Assembly (NCBI RefSeq): GCF_009914755.1
Contig: NC_060929.1
Direction: 5' to 3' (one strand)
Length of the DNA stretch: 64,000 nucleotides
Source: the human T2T-CHM13v2.0 reference genome, Homo sapiens
Positions 13,022 through 32,971 of this stretch are shown here, piece by piece. Within the stretch, counting starts at the first letter, position 1. Each line of letters begins with the position of its first letter. The notes under the pieces were generated by a model that was not told where the DNA came from, ran no database searches, and saw only the letters and a program-made list of their open reading frames with translations. The position numbers and the translations under genes were made by a program.

Positions 13022-14072
13022 TCAGTCTTCAGTGGCCAGGTCGAGGAGCTGTGGGAGTGCGAGGGATTCTTCAATCTTTGGTTTGATGAAGGGACAGTGG
13101 GTCGGGGGCGGGGGCAGGCTTTTCTGTTCACCTGTTAAGAGAGCAGTCAGAGTTCCAGTGGCCTGTATGTTGGCAGACTGGGCAGGGGCTCTTCAGTACT
13201 CATGGGTTAGGACACACCTGTGACCAATGGCCTTCTTTGCCACACTTAAAGCAGACCCCAGGAGGAAGACTGCTTTTGGGTCTTTTGTGCCCTTGGGTGC
13301 TATTGCCAGGTTGGCAAATAGCTGTGGCTAGTAGCTGGTATTTGGCATGATCTTTTTGGGCCTTATTTATTTTTTCCTGCTCATCCCTATTATTAAAGAC
13401 TTTCAAAGCCAGGTTGAGAAAGTCTTGTTGTGGGGTTTGAGGGCCTTCTTCAGCCTTTTTGAGTTTTCGCCAGATGTTGGGAGCTGATTGGGAGATAAAA
13501 TGGGTATAAAGATCTATAGTGCCTTCTCAGGAAGCAGGATCGACATGGGTGTATTTTTGGAGAGCCTCTACAAGGTGGGAGAGAAATTCAGTGGGATTTT
13601 CATCTGCCCCCTGGGAAATCTCTTTGAGTTTTTCAAAATTTACAGCTTTATGGGCAGCTTTGTTAAGGACTGCAATGAGGCAAGTGACCATATGGTTACA
13701 GGGTGCTCACCCTGGGACCTGTCGGTTGGTATTCCCACGAAGGCTCTTCTCAGGGAACTGCCACGGCCCCTACTGTAGCAGGATTGGCAGAGAGAAGGGT
13801 GATTTTGGAGGGTGAAGAAAGCCTGAACATAAGGAATTTCAGACCATTTCTCATGGCAATAACAAAAATTAGTCTAAGTCCCTGAGTATATTGAAATTGA
13901 AGGTACCATTTTCAGGCGACGGGGAGTCGTTGTCTAATTTATATTCTGGCCAAGCTGTATTACAGTAGAAAATAAGTCTTTTGGGATGAACCTCTGAACA
14001 GAGGCCGAGAGTGTTAAGATTGTGAAGGAGGCACCCCAGGGGTAATCTTAGAGTAGATTGAGAGGCTCCCAT
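13022..14072 (-). pseudogene. gag: Retroviral gag pseudogene with internal deletion
   Basis: MGASQS myristoylation start at 14072 and matrix LIFYCNTAWP. CA MHR-like QGADENPTEFL. Two CCHC fingers: CFKCGKEGHWSQVC and CPVCQHTGHWNSDC. TGA at 13022-13024. Confidence 0.9.
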
Positions 14073-14461
14073 ACTGAATGGAATGGGGGGCGGTAGAGGA
14101 AGAAGAGACTTCCAATGACAAGGACGGTGGGAGATGGCGTCCCCTGTCCCACGGGCCTTGCCTAGGAGCAGGGAGGTAACCACTGAGTCAGGTGTCCCTG
14201 AAATGGAGGAACTGGAGGCCCAGATGCTGGGAGGAAGCCCTTGGCCCAGGGCTGGGTCTTTTGGGCAAATAGGGATGTTCAAGCATTCTGGATAAATGGC
14301 AAGAGTCTCTCTTATCCCTGTGCAGGCTTTGGTGATAAATGGAGTCACCTACAATGGGAGGGTCTGAGAAATCTTCCAGGTCTTCGGCAGGTTCGGGAAG
14401 GGGGGTATGGCCAGGAGAGGGGGAAAGGCACTGAGACTCCAGTGCACCATGATGAGTAAGC

Positions 14462-14545
14462 CTGGGAGGAGGGAGGGAGGAAGAGGGAGGGAGAGAAAGA
14501 GAGAGAGGTGAGCCCGGGAGGATAGAGGGAGCAAGAGGGAGAGAA

Positions 14546-14576
<31 letters not shown>

Positions 14577-14578
14577 AT
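14462..14578. repeat. GA-rich purine tract/(GA)n in proviral leader
   Basis: gggaggagggagggaggaagaggg...(ga)n seen directly. Confidence 0.8.
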
Positions 14579-14614
14579 GAGTCCTCTAGGGACACCTGGC
14601 CAGAGCCTACCCCC

Positions 14615-14632
14615 TCCCAGGTTTCAGCACCA
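14615..14632 (-). promoter_or_regulatory. Primer-binding site for tRNA-Phe
   Basis: - strand TGGTGCTGAAACCTGGGA versus tRNA-Phe PBS TGGTGCCGAAACCCGGGA: two CpG-type C>T changes. Lies 3 nt from the 5' LTR end. Confidence 0.9.
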
Positions 14633-14635
14633 AAA

Positions 14636-15017
14636 TGTATGGTTAGCTAAGAGTAAGGATGAGTAGACCCAAAGTCAGGCAAGCAAATTTTATTAACCTG
14701 TCAGACTGCTCCACAGTAGGTGGAGGAGGCAGCCCCACTTACAGGCTGCTGTGGGGTTTTATAGGGGCAAGGTTGAGGTTGGGGAAACTAAGTAGGATTG
14801 CAGATGTTTCAACCATTTCCTGGAAATGTTTTTGCCTGCTCATTTATGCAAGGTGGGCAGATGTCTTAAACACTTCCTGGAACTGTTTACTAGTTCTACT
14901 GAAATTCTTTCACAAGCAGCTGTAAAAAAGTGCTGAGGGGTAGTTTGTAGGTGGTCACAAAGGACTGTATTGTGGGGATCATGGAGTGAGGGGGAGGCAT
15001 AGCTTGGATCTCCAACA
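14636..15017 (-). repeat. 5' LTR of provirus
   Basis: - strand TGTTGGAGATCC...CCATACA. TATA near 14757-14764, AATAAA at 14689-14694. Adjacent to the PBS. Confidence 0.95.
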
Positions 15018-15835
15018 GTCTCCACCCTCAGCAAAACCATGCCACACCCTCCACAAACAACTGCACTATAAGACCCTGAGGTACTTGCAGACACTGTTGA
15101 CTTTTATTGCAGCCAAAGAAATCACTTAGAGACTACATTGTTATGTTTACACCAAACCAATGCCAAAGCAGTCTATACAGCCAACATTATAGGACATATC
15201 CACAGGGAAAAGTCTTTTTTCTAAAAAAGCTACTTAGTAAGAATAGAAGATGGGGCTATGCAATGAGATGCACAGATGTCAATGTAGGGACAAAAGCAAC
15301 ATGAAAAAGCAAGAGGAAATAACTCTTCCATACGAACACAATAATTCTTCAGTAACAGAATACAAAAAAAAGGAAATCTATCAAATGCCTGCAAACAAAT
15401 TAAATGATTTTTAAGGAAACTCAGTCAGCTACAAAAGAATACAGATAGATAATTCAACAAAATCTGGAAAATAATTCATAATCTGAATCAAAAATTTAAC
15501 CAAGAGATAGATATCATTAAAAAGAACCCAACACAAATCTTGGAACTGAAGAATTCAATGAATAATTTAAAAAATGCACTTCAGGGTTTTAACAATTGAC
15601 TAGATCAAAGAATAAAGAATTTTTGATTCTGAAGACAGGTATTTTGAAATGACCCACTTAGGGAAAAAGAAAAAAAGAAAAGATTAAACAATATAAAATG
15701 AGACTTATAGAACAACATTAAGCAGACAAGAATTCACATTATGAGCATTTCAGAAGGAAAGGAGATGGAAAAAAAGGCATAGAAAACCTATTTAATTAAA
15801 TTATAGCTGAAAAATTCCCAAGGCTTAGAGGAGAT

Positions 15836-16237
15836 ATGGACACTCAGATCCAGGGAGCTCAAAAATCCCCAAGTGAATTCAATCCTACAAGGTCTCTGCT
15901 GAGCCACATTAAAGTCAAACCATCAAAATTCAAAGACAAAAAGAGGGTTTTAGCAAGAGAAAAGCATCAGGTCACAGAAAGGGGGATCCTTATAAAAAAA
16001 ACAAAAAAATTCTCAGTTGAAACCTTACGCACCAGGAGAGAATGGGTTGATATATTTAAGGTGCTGAAAGAAAAATATCGTTGGCCAAGAATGCTATATT
16101 CAGCAAAGCTATCCTTAAGAAATGAAGGAGAAATAAAGTCTGTCTCACACAAGCAAATACTAGGCAAATTCATCACCACAAGACTGCCCCTACAAGAAAT
16201 ACTCAAAAGAATTGTACATCTGGAAACAGAAGGATGA
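15836..16237 (+). pseudogene. ORF1 remnant (C-terminal part) of the host L1MA
   Basis: Translation is similar to the L1 ORF1p RRM/CTD (TRREWVDIFKVLKEK, YSAKLS, FITTRLPLQEILK). Confidence 0.85.
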
Positions 16238-16358
16238 TAACTACCATAAGAAAGCACACAAGAAAAAAATTCACTGGTAGATCAGATACGTGATGAGAAA
16301 GAGGAAAAAATCAAATATCATCACTACAGAAAATCACTAAACCACCCAGATAAACAAT

Positions 16359-16377
16359 GAGAGAGAGAGAGAGAGAA

Positions 16378-16442
<65 letters not shown>

Positions 16443-16470
16443 AAAGAAAAGAAAAGAAAAGAAAAGAAAG
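16359..16470 (+). repeat. (GA)n(GAAA)n(GAAAA)n compound microsatellite
   Basis: Directly visible; sits in the inter-ORF region of the host L1. Confidence 0.95.
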
Positions 16471-17227
16471 AGTGAGTAAGTGTGGAAGGGAGGAAGGGAA
16501 TACAAATCTACCAAAAAACAATTAGTAAAATGGCAAAGTTAGTTCACATCTGTCAAAACACCTAGCATGTAAACAGTTTACATCCCCAATTAAAAGATAT
16601 AAACTGGCTGAATGAAAACATCCAACTATATGCTGTCTTCAGTAAACTCACTTCATCTATAAACACATGGCCTGAATGTGAGCAGATGGGAAAAGATGTT
16701 CTACACAAATAGAAATAAAAAATGAGCATGAGTAGTTATATTTATATCAGATAAAACAGACTTTAAAAATTTATTAAAGAGACAAAGAAGGTAATTATAT
16801 GGTGATAAAGGAATCAATTCAGTGAGAAGATATAATAATTTTAAATAGATTTATACCCAACACCAGATATATAAAACAAATACCATTAGAGCGAAACGGA
16901 GAGATACTTCCCAATGCAATAATAGTTAGGAACTTAAACACCTTACTCTCAGCATTGAAGAGGTTGCCTAGATTAAAAAAATCAGCAAAGACACATTGGG
17001 ATTTAAACTGCATAGACTAAATGGATTTAACAGACATTTATAGAGCATTTCACTGAAAAGCTGCACAGAGTACACATTTTTCTTACCAGTACGTGGAACA
17101 TTCTCCAGGATAGACCATATTTTAGGACACAAAACAAGTCTCAACAAATTTTTAAAAATCAAAATCTTATCAAGTGGCTTCTCAGACCACAATGGGGTAA
17201 AACTAGAAATCAATAGAGAAATTTTGA

Positions 17228-17674
<447 letters not shown>

Positions 17675-19908
17675 ATCATGGAAATTAAACGACATGCTTC
17701 TGAATGACCAAAGAGTTTATGAAGAAATTAAGAAGAAAATAAAACAAATTTCTCAAGACATGAAAATAGAAACACAACATACCAAACCCCATGTAATACT
17801 GAAAAAGCAATGTTAAGGGGGAAGTTCATAAGATTAAATGCCTACATCAAAATTAGAAATATTTCAAATAAAGAAGCTATCATTACATGTCAAGAAACTA
17901 GAATAAAAAGAAGAAACAAAAATCAAAATTGTTAATAGGAAAGAAAGAATTGAGATCAAACAGAAATAAACAAAATAAAGACTTAAAAAATACAACAGAT
18001 CAATGAAACAGAAAGTTGGTTTTTGTAAAGATAAGAAAAGTTGAAAACCATCTGTTACACTAAGGAAAAAAGAGGGAAGACCCAAATAAATAAAATTAGA
18101 AGAAGAAAGGAGACATTAGAACTGATGCCTCAGAAATACAAAAGATCATGAGAAACTATTATAAACAACTGCACACCAACAAATTGGGAAACCTAGAGAA
18201 AATAGATAAATTTTTAGACACGTATATCCTATCAAGGTTGAATGAAGATGAAATAGAAAACCTAACCATACTGATAAGGAGTCACAAGATTAAATCAGAA
18301 ATAAAGTCTTCCAACAAAAAGAAGCCCATGAGCAGAAGGCTTTACTGCAGAATTGTAGGAAACTTTTACAGAATAACTAATACCAATTCTGAAACTACTC
18401 CCAAAATTTGAAGAGGAGGGAATTCTTTCTTACTTATTCGATGAAGCCAGAATTCCCTTGATACCAAAATCACACAAGGACACAGCAGCAGCAGAAACAA
18501 CAACAACAACGAAAACTACAGGCCAATATTCCTGATGAACATAGGTGCAAAATTCTCAACAAAATACTAGCTAACTGAATTCAATAATTCATCAAAAAGA
18601 TTATACACATTGATCAAGTGGGATTTATCCTAAGGATGCAAGGATGGTTCAACATACATAAATCAATAGATGTAATACATCACATCAATAGAATGAAGTG
18701 CAAAGACCATATAATCATTTCAATAGATGCAGAAAAAGCATCTATTTGACAAAATTTAACATTAACATCCTCTCATGATAAAAATTCTCAATAAATTAGG
18801 TAGGAATACTAGAAGGAACATACCCCAACACAATATAGGCCATATATGACAAACATCATAGTGAATGGGGAAAAGTAGAAAACTTTTCTTTAATAACTAT
18901 TATATAACAAGACAAGAATGCCTACTTTTACTGCTCTTATTCAACATGTCTTTGGAAGTTCCAGCCAGAGTAATTAGACAAGAAAAAAAAATAAAAGGCA
19001 TCCAAATTGGAAAAGAGAAAGTCAAATTGGTCTCTGTTTGCAGATAACATGATCTGTATATATTTAAAAAAACCCTGAAGACTCCACCAAAAACCTCTTA
19101 GAGTTGATAAACAAATTCAATAAAACCAAAATATAAAAATTAATAATATTTCTATATACCAGTAATAGACTACCTGAAAAAAAATCAAGAAAGCATTTTT
19201 ATTTAAAATAGCTACCAAAAAAAAGCCTGGAAATAAAATTAACCAAGGAGGTAAAAGATCTCTACAATGAAAAATAAAAAACACTGGTGAAAGAAACTGA
19301 AGAGGACACCAAAAAATGAGAAAACATGTTATATTCATTAATTGAAAGAATTAATATTGCCAAAGTAATCACACTACCCAAAGTTATATACAGAGTCAGT
19401 GCAATCTCTGCCATGATGCCAATTACATTCTTCAGAGAAGTAGAAAAAAACGCAAAATCAAAAAACAAAACAATTGTGTTTAGAATCACAAAAGACCATG
19501 AATAGTCAAAGCAATCCTCACTAAGAACAGTCAGAGGCATCACACTACGTGACTCCAAAATATACTAAAAAACCATAGTAATCAAAACAGCATGGTACTG
19601 GTATAAAAACAGACAAACAGACCAATAGAACAGAATAGAAAACCCAGAAATAAATGTACATATTTACAGCAACTGATTTTTAACAAAGGCATTAAGAATA
19701 TACGTGGGAGACAGGACAGCCTCTTCAATAGATGTGCTGGGAAAAGTAGATTTCCATATGTACGGAAATGAAACTAGACTCCAATCTCTCACTATATCCA
19801 AAAATCATTCAAAATGGATTAAGAACTTAAATGTAAGACCTGAAACTATAAAATTACTAGAATAAAACATAGAAGAAATGCTTCAGGACACATATCTGGG
19901 AAAGGATT

Positions 19909-22536
<2,628 letters not shown>

Positions 22537-22575
22537 TCATTAGTTGATGCAGTTTCTTCCTAGTCTCGATGGTCT

Positions 22576-23592
22576 TTACATTTTGGCATGATTTTGCAGC
22601 GGCTGGTACTGGTTGTTCCTTTCCATGTTTAGCGCTTCCTTCAGGAGCTCTTTTAGGGCAGGTCTGGTGGTGACAAAATCTCTCAGCATTTGCTTGTCTG
22701 TAAAGTATTTTATTTCTCCTTCACTTATGAAGCTTATCTTGGCTGGATATGAAATTCTGGGTTGGAAATTCTTTTCTTTAAGAATGTTGAATATTGGCCC
22801 CCACTCTCTTCTGGCTTGTAGGGTTTCTGCCGAGAGATCCGCTGTTAGTCTGATGGGCTTCCCTTTGAGGGTAACCCGACCTTTCTCTCTGGCTGCCCTT
22901 AACATTTTTTCCTTCATTTCAACTTTGGTGAATCTGACAATTATGTGTCTTGGAGTTGCTCTTCTCGAGGAGTATCTTTGTGGCGTTCTCTGTATTTCCT
23001 GAATCTGAACTTTGGCCTGCCTTGCTAGATTGGGGAAGTTCTCCTGGATAATATCCTGCAGAGTGTTTTCCAACTTGGTTCCATTCTCCGCATCACTTTC
23101 AGGTACACCAATCAGACGTAGATTTGGTCTTTTCACATAGTCCCATATTTCTTGGAGGCTTTGCTCATTTCTTTTTATTCTTTTTTCTCTAAACTTCCCT
23201 TCTCGCTTCATTTCATTCATTTCATCTTCCATTGCTGACACCCTTTCTTCCAGTTGATCGCATCGGCTCCTGAGGCTTCTGCATTCTTCACGTAGTTCTC
23301 GAGCCTTGGTTTTCAGCTCCATCAGCTCCTTTAAGCACTTCTCTGTATTGGTTATTCTAGTTATACATTCTTCTAAATTTTTTTCAAAGTTTTCAACTTC
23401 TTTGCCTTTGGTTTGAATGTCCTCCCGTAGCTCAGAGTAATTTGATCGTCTGAAGCCTTCTTCTCTCAGCTCGTCAAAGTCATTCTCCATCCAGCTTTGT
23501 TCTGTTGCTGGTGAGGAGCTGCGTTCCTTTGGAGGAGGAGAGGCGCTCTGATTTTTAGAGCTTCCAGTTTTTCTGTTCTGTTTTTTCCCCAT
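22576..23592 (-). CDS. ORF1: L1 ORF1p, intact 338 aa
   Basis: MGKKQNRKTG...QPLQNHAKM. REKG and ARR motifs intact; YPAKLS reads YPAKIS. Confidence 0.95.
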   Translation of the reverse strand: MGKKQNRKTGSSKNQSASPPPKERSSSPATEQSWMENDFDELREEGFRRSNYSELREDIQTKGKEVENFEKNLEECITRITNTEKCLKELMELKTKARELREECRSLRSRCDQLEERVSAMEDEMNEMKREGKFREKRIKRNEQSLQEIWDYVKRPNLRLIGVPESDAENGTKLENTLQDIIQENFPNLARQAKVQIQEIQRTPQRYSSRRATPRHIIVRFTKVEMKEKMLRAAREKGRVTLKGKPIRLTADLSAETLQARREWGPIFNILKEKNFQPRISYPAKISFISEGEIKYFTDKQMLRDFVTTRPALKELLKEALNMERNNQYQPLQNHAKM

Positions 23593-25805
<2,213 letters not shown>

Positions 25806-26059
25806 ACAATGAGATCACATGGACACAGGAAAGGGAATATCACACTCTGGGGACTGTGGTGGGGTGGGGGGAGGGGGGAGGGATAGCATTGGGAGATATA
25901 CCTAATGCTAGATGACGAATTAGTGGGTGCAGCGCACCAGCATGGCACATGTATACATATGTAACTAACCTGCACAATGTGCACATGTACCCTAAAACCT
26001 AAAGTATAATAAAAAAAGAAAAGAAAAAAAAAATTAAAAAAAAAAACAAAGAAACAAAA
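25806..26059 (+). other. L1PA 3'UTR with G-rich tract and poly(A) tail
   Basis: ggggactgtggtggggtggggggaggggggaggg (G4-prone), aataaa, A-rich tail. Confidence 0.9.
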
Positions 26060-28025
26060 AAAACTAAAAAAGCTTCTGTGCAGCAAAGAAAACAACAAAG
26101 TGAAGAGACAACCCGTAGAATGGAAGAAAATATTTGTAAACTATTCCTCTGACAAAAGATTAATGTTCAGAATATACATGGAGATCAAACAACTAAACAG
26201 TAAAAGAGCAAATAACCCAATTTTAAAATGGGCAAAGGATCTGAATAGACATTTTTCAAAGGAAGACATACAAATGACCAACAATTATATGAAAAATTCT
26301 CAACATCACTAATCATCAGGGAAATTCAAATTAAAACCACAATGAGATCTCTTGTCACCCTAGTTAGAATGGCTATTATCAAAGAGACAGAAATAACAAA
26401 TGTTGGCAAGGATGCAGAGAAAGAGGAACTCTTATACACTGTTGGTGGGAATATAAATTAGTACAGCCATATGGAAAACAGTATAGAGGTTTCACAATAA
26501 AACTAAAAATAGAATTACCATACTATCCAGTAATCCTACTATTTGGTATTTATGTAAAGGAAAGGAAATCTGTATATATAAGAGATATGTGCACATGTTT
26601 ATTGCAACACTACTCATAATAGCCTAGGTATGGAATCAATCTAAATGTCCATCAACAGATGAATGAATAAAGAAAATGTGGTATATATATACACAATGAA
26701 ATATTATTCTGTCATTAAAAAACAATGAAATTCTATCATTTACAGAGACATGGATGAACCTGGAGGACATTATGTTAAATGAAATACGCCAGACAGAAAA
26801 ATAAATAATACATGTTCTCACTCAAATGTGGGGACTAAAAAAGTTGAGCTCATAGAACTACAGAGTAGAATTTTGTTTACTAGAGGCCGGGAAATGTAGG
26901 AAGGATGCGGGGTAGAGAGAATTGTGTTAATGGATACAAAATTACAACTAAATAGCAAGAATAACTTCTAGTGTTCTATAGCACTGTAGGGTAACTATAG
27001 TTAACGTTAATTTATTATGTATTTTCAAACAGCTAGAAGAGAAGATTTTGAATGTCCCCAACACAAAGAAATAATAAATATTTGAGGTGATGCTTATGCC
27101 AATTATCTTGATTTGGTCATTACACGTCATATATGTAACAAAATATACTCTATCTCATAAATATGTCCAATCATGTCATGTCAGTTAAAAAATTTTTAAG
27201 AAGTAATGAAGACCTGCTCCCTCAACATCTATGAAAGCCATTCAAAACATATCTTTAAGATAAATATGACCAATAGATCTTAAAAGTGTATACCTGATTT
27301 CAGTACCTACTCATTTTGAGGGTAAGACTAAAGAAAAGAATCAGGATTTTTATTGTTTTTTTTTGTTTTTGTTTTTGTTTTTGTTTTTCTTAGAGATCTT
27401 CTTGACTGTTACACAAATTGCTGTACCTCTTCCCTAATAGCCTTACTACCCTAGTGTGGTTATGAATAGGGGAGTGCATTGTCAAATATTGTCACATTCT
27501 TCCCTTAGAATAATTGATTTCTATTCAACTGGCATTTTACAGAACAATTTCTCTAGCTTTACTTACAAAAGTAACTGTCAAATTCCACCTTACAGAATTC
27601 AGTTACAATAACTTTATTAGAAATATGCATTAATCAAACATAAAATCAAAGATAACTCATACTTGAGACAGCAAGGTTTTCATAAAATCACTTTCTGTCC
27701 TAGAAGCAGATGTCTGAGACATTTTTGTTAATAAAGATCACTAGATATACATCCTTACCAAAATAGAACATGTCCTATCATGCAATTTGAAAATAGATAT
27801 AATCATTGTACTCTATTCCTCCTTTATATATCTTTCTCAAATTGTAAATTCTGAATTATTTCCTAGGGAAAAGAAAACAGGGAAATAGTAGGTTCATATT
27901 AGCAAAAAAAAGTAAAATTATTTGAAAAATTTAAATAGGTAGTAAAATTTCAAAATATACAATTGTATTTCTGTCAACCAAAAAAAATATGTATGTAAAA
28001 AAAGGGGGAATTTAAATTAAAGCAG

Positions 28026-28174
<149 letters not shown>

Positions 28175-28384
28175 TATTGACTTCGTTCTTAGAATGGTTT
28201 AATTTCATGTAGAGTATGTGAAAAAAGAATTTAGAAAATCCTTTATTTTAACTTTATTGTTGAGAGACAAGTGAAGACTTGCCTTAGAAGTATTCTTTGA
28301 TTTATAAAAGACAATATCAATGATTGTTTAAAAGCCATTCAGTTTTTATGAGAAATCGGATTGCACGAATCCCCCTCTTTATCT

Positions 28385-29680
28385 CCTTCATTCACTCAAC
28401 AGATATTTATCGAATGTTTTCTATATTCCAAACACTATAGTAGGTCCTGTTGAACAAATATAGATCTGGAGTCTATGAAGGAATTAGACCTGAACCCTAA
28501 TGAAACTTACAGTCTAATGAAAGAGACAGATATTAAACAAATAATTATATTAATGATGGGGCAAATGTTATGAAGATAAATGTATTAGTCTGTTTTCATA
28601 CTGCTACAAAGAACTGCCTGAGGCTGGGTAGTTTATAAAGGAAAGAGGTTTAATTGGGTCACAGTTCCACATGGCAGGGTAGGCCTCAGGAAACTTACAA
28701 TCATGGCAGAAGGCAAAGGGGAAGCAAGCCACAATCTTCACAAGGCAGTAGGAAGGGGGAGTGCCCAGCAAAGGAAGAAGAGCCCCTTATGAAACCATCA
28801 GATCTCGTGAGAACTCATTCACTATCATGAGAACAGCATGGGGGAAACCACCCCCATGATTCAATTACTTCATCTGGTCTCTCCCTTGACACGTGGGGGA
28901 TTATGGGGACTGCAATTCAGGATGAGATTTTGGGTGGAGGACACAGTGAAATCATATCAATAAATATGTCATGTTAAAGACACATAATGGAGGCTTGACT
29001 TTGTGGTGTTAAATAGGCTTGACTAAATGAGGAAGTGACAACTGAGCAGGCATGTAAAAGATGAGTAGGTTGAGGCAGAATGGAATAGTAGTCTAGACTA
29101 ACAGCACATGGAAAATCTTTCTGACAGGAGGGAGCATAACCACCACGGAGAACTGAAAAACAGCTAGTGAGACTTGAGCAGAGGGCAAGGGATAGAAAGT
29201 ATGATTGGAAATGCATCAGAGATGTTCATCAGAATACATTTAAAGCTGTTGAAGATGGGATCATTTAGGGCGACTGTATATAAAGAAAAGAAAGATGTCC
29301 CAGAATTGCCCTAAGACATGCCAGTCTGGGTAGAGGAGATTAATATTGCAAATGATAAAGAGCAACCAGACATAAAATCAAAGCATGAAAATGTAATGTC
29401 TGAGAGAATATAGAATCCAAGAGAGTTCAGTGTTTCTAAAAAGAGGAATTGATCAACAGTGCTGAATGCTGTGGAGGCAAAAAAAAGGAGGACTGAAATA
29501 AGAGAAAACTGGAAATTGTTAGTGATTAGTTTGATCCAGAATGGAGACAGAAAACAAATTAGAATGAGTTGAGGAAAAAGTAAAAAGTGAATAAATGGAG
29601 GCAGAAAATATAGACAGCTCTCCTTCGAAGTTGGTTATAAAGCACTTGACTGGTCGAGTAATGGGAGTGACTTGATTGTG
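28385..29680 (-). mobile_element. L2 fragments (interrupted by THE1 LTR)
   Basis: ttcattcactcaacagatatttatcgaatg L2 3' end signature, plus degenerate L2 body. Confidence 0.55.
28581..28959 (-). mobile_element. THE1 (THE1C/D-like) solo LTR
   Basis: tgtattagtc...aaaggaaagaggtttaatt...aaaccatcagatctcgtgagaactca...atatca. 5-bp TSD ATAAA at 28576-28580 and 28960-28964. Confidence 0.9.
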
Positions 29681-29701
29681 TATTTTAAAAAAATAAGTTA
29701 T

Positions 29702-30091
29702 TGTCTTAGTACATTCAAGCTGTTACAACAAAATGCCATAAGTTGAGTAGCTAATGAATAGAAATATTTTCTTAGGGTTCTAGAGGCTGAAATATCCAAG
29801 ATCAAGGATGCTAGCAATTTTATGTCTACTGAGTTCCTGCTTTTATTTTTGTTTTTTTGTTTTTGTTTTTGTTTGGTTTAACATAGACGGTTCCTTCTCA
29901 CTGTGTTCTTATATGGTGAAAGGGCACACAAGTTCCCTCTTTTATAAGGGTACTAATCTCGTTCATGAGAGCTCTGCCCTCATGATCTAATCATCCCCTA
30001 AAAGTCCCACCTCTTAATACTATTGCATTGGGAATTAGGTTTCAACATGTGAATTTGGTGGGGGAAGGACACAAACATCCCAATCAAAACA
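29702..30091 (-). mobile_element. MLT1A-like MaLR LTR
   Basis: tgtcttagt...caaaatgccata...gagagctctgccctcatgatctaatca...ggacacaaacat. Confidence 0.75.
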
Positions 30092-30920
<829 letters not shown>

Positions 30921-32019
30921 AAACTTAGAGCTATTGAGGAAACCAGGTGGTTTTGCTAGGCTTCCATGTTATAACTCAGTTTAAAAGAAAATCAAAACAT
31001 AACACAAAAGTTTCAAACATCTACAATTCCGCTTTGAGAATTGTTTTAAATAGCTTAAAATGTAAGTGGTTTGATCTTTATAAAAATATATTGGACTTGA
31101 ACTGCCTTGATTATTAATCAGTGGAATATAATAAATTTGAGCTGATGTCTAAACTGAATTTGAAACAAAAAAATCAATTCCAGTTATCACTATTTTTTTA
31201 ATTTACTTAGAGATTAGGGATTCTACTTAATAGCATGCTCAATTGGTTATTTATAAGTAAATATTTTATCTTGCAATCTTACTGTATATAATTTGCCAAT
31301 ATACACAAAAAGTTGATATTTACACCCATGTACATACACACTCTCACAGGATGTTCAATTTATAATTTTTGATAACAAATGCTGGAAATGACTTTAATGT
31401 CTATCAATTGATATTAGTGAAATTAATTCTGGTACTTTTGTCCAATAGAAGACTACTTAGCTATGAAAATAAATGTGATAGACCGTAATGTATTAACATA
31501 GAGATTGCCACAAGGTACTTTATTTTAAAAAGTGTAAGATGCAGAAGTATCTATGGAATAATCCATTAAGTTAAACACAAGTATATGTATGCACATACTT
31601 ACACAGGAAGCTTTTAACAAAATAGCTTTATGGGCATAGTTTTATAGTTTAGCTATTTGGTTAGAGGGGTTTTTTACCTTATATGCAGGACTTATTGATA
31701 GTGCTGGTAATTTCTAACGTCAACAATATCTGGTTGATGCCATCCTAGGCCATTTACTTTTATGTTTTTTGTATGTAAAAATAGTGACAAAATATATTTT
31801 AAGCTAACATGTCATACTGAACATTCTGATAAAATAATACATTTTCCTTAGTTCATCTATATTTATTATTTTTTCCTCTTAATTTCCATTTCTCTTCTAT
31901 TATAACCTTTTACTCATCAATTTGTATTCCTCCTTTAACTGTGAACTCTTTAGGGCTCTAAAAATTTAGCCTAACACCTAATAGGAATGGTAGATATTTA
32001 ATAAATGTTTGTATGATCC

Positions 32020-32609
<590 letters not shown>

Positions 32610-32676
32610 TCATTTTCCTTTTTCTACTCATCACTTAATAGTCCTCTGTAGGCTACGATGTCCTCCTCACAAATAC

Positions 32677-32971
<295 letters not shown>

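Larger units (their letters stand above)
6848..15017 (-). mobile_element. Class I endogenous retrovirus provirus, HERV-H/F supergroup (tRNA-Phe primed; HERV-F/HERVH48-like, exact family not assigned)
   Basis: Two ~390-bp LTRs (TG...CA). 5-bp TSD GTCTC at 6843-6847 and 15018-15022. PBS, PPT and gag-pro-pol-env remnants are in order on the - strand. Confidence 0.95.

Noticed and set aside
16311-16521. Phe/Leu/Ser-rich 'membrane' ORFs
   Set aside because: Antisense reading of the (GAAA)n microsatellite.
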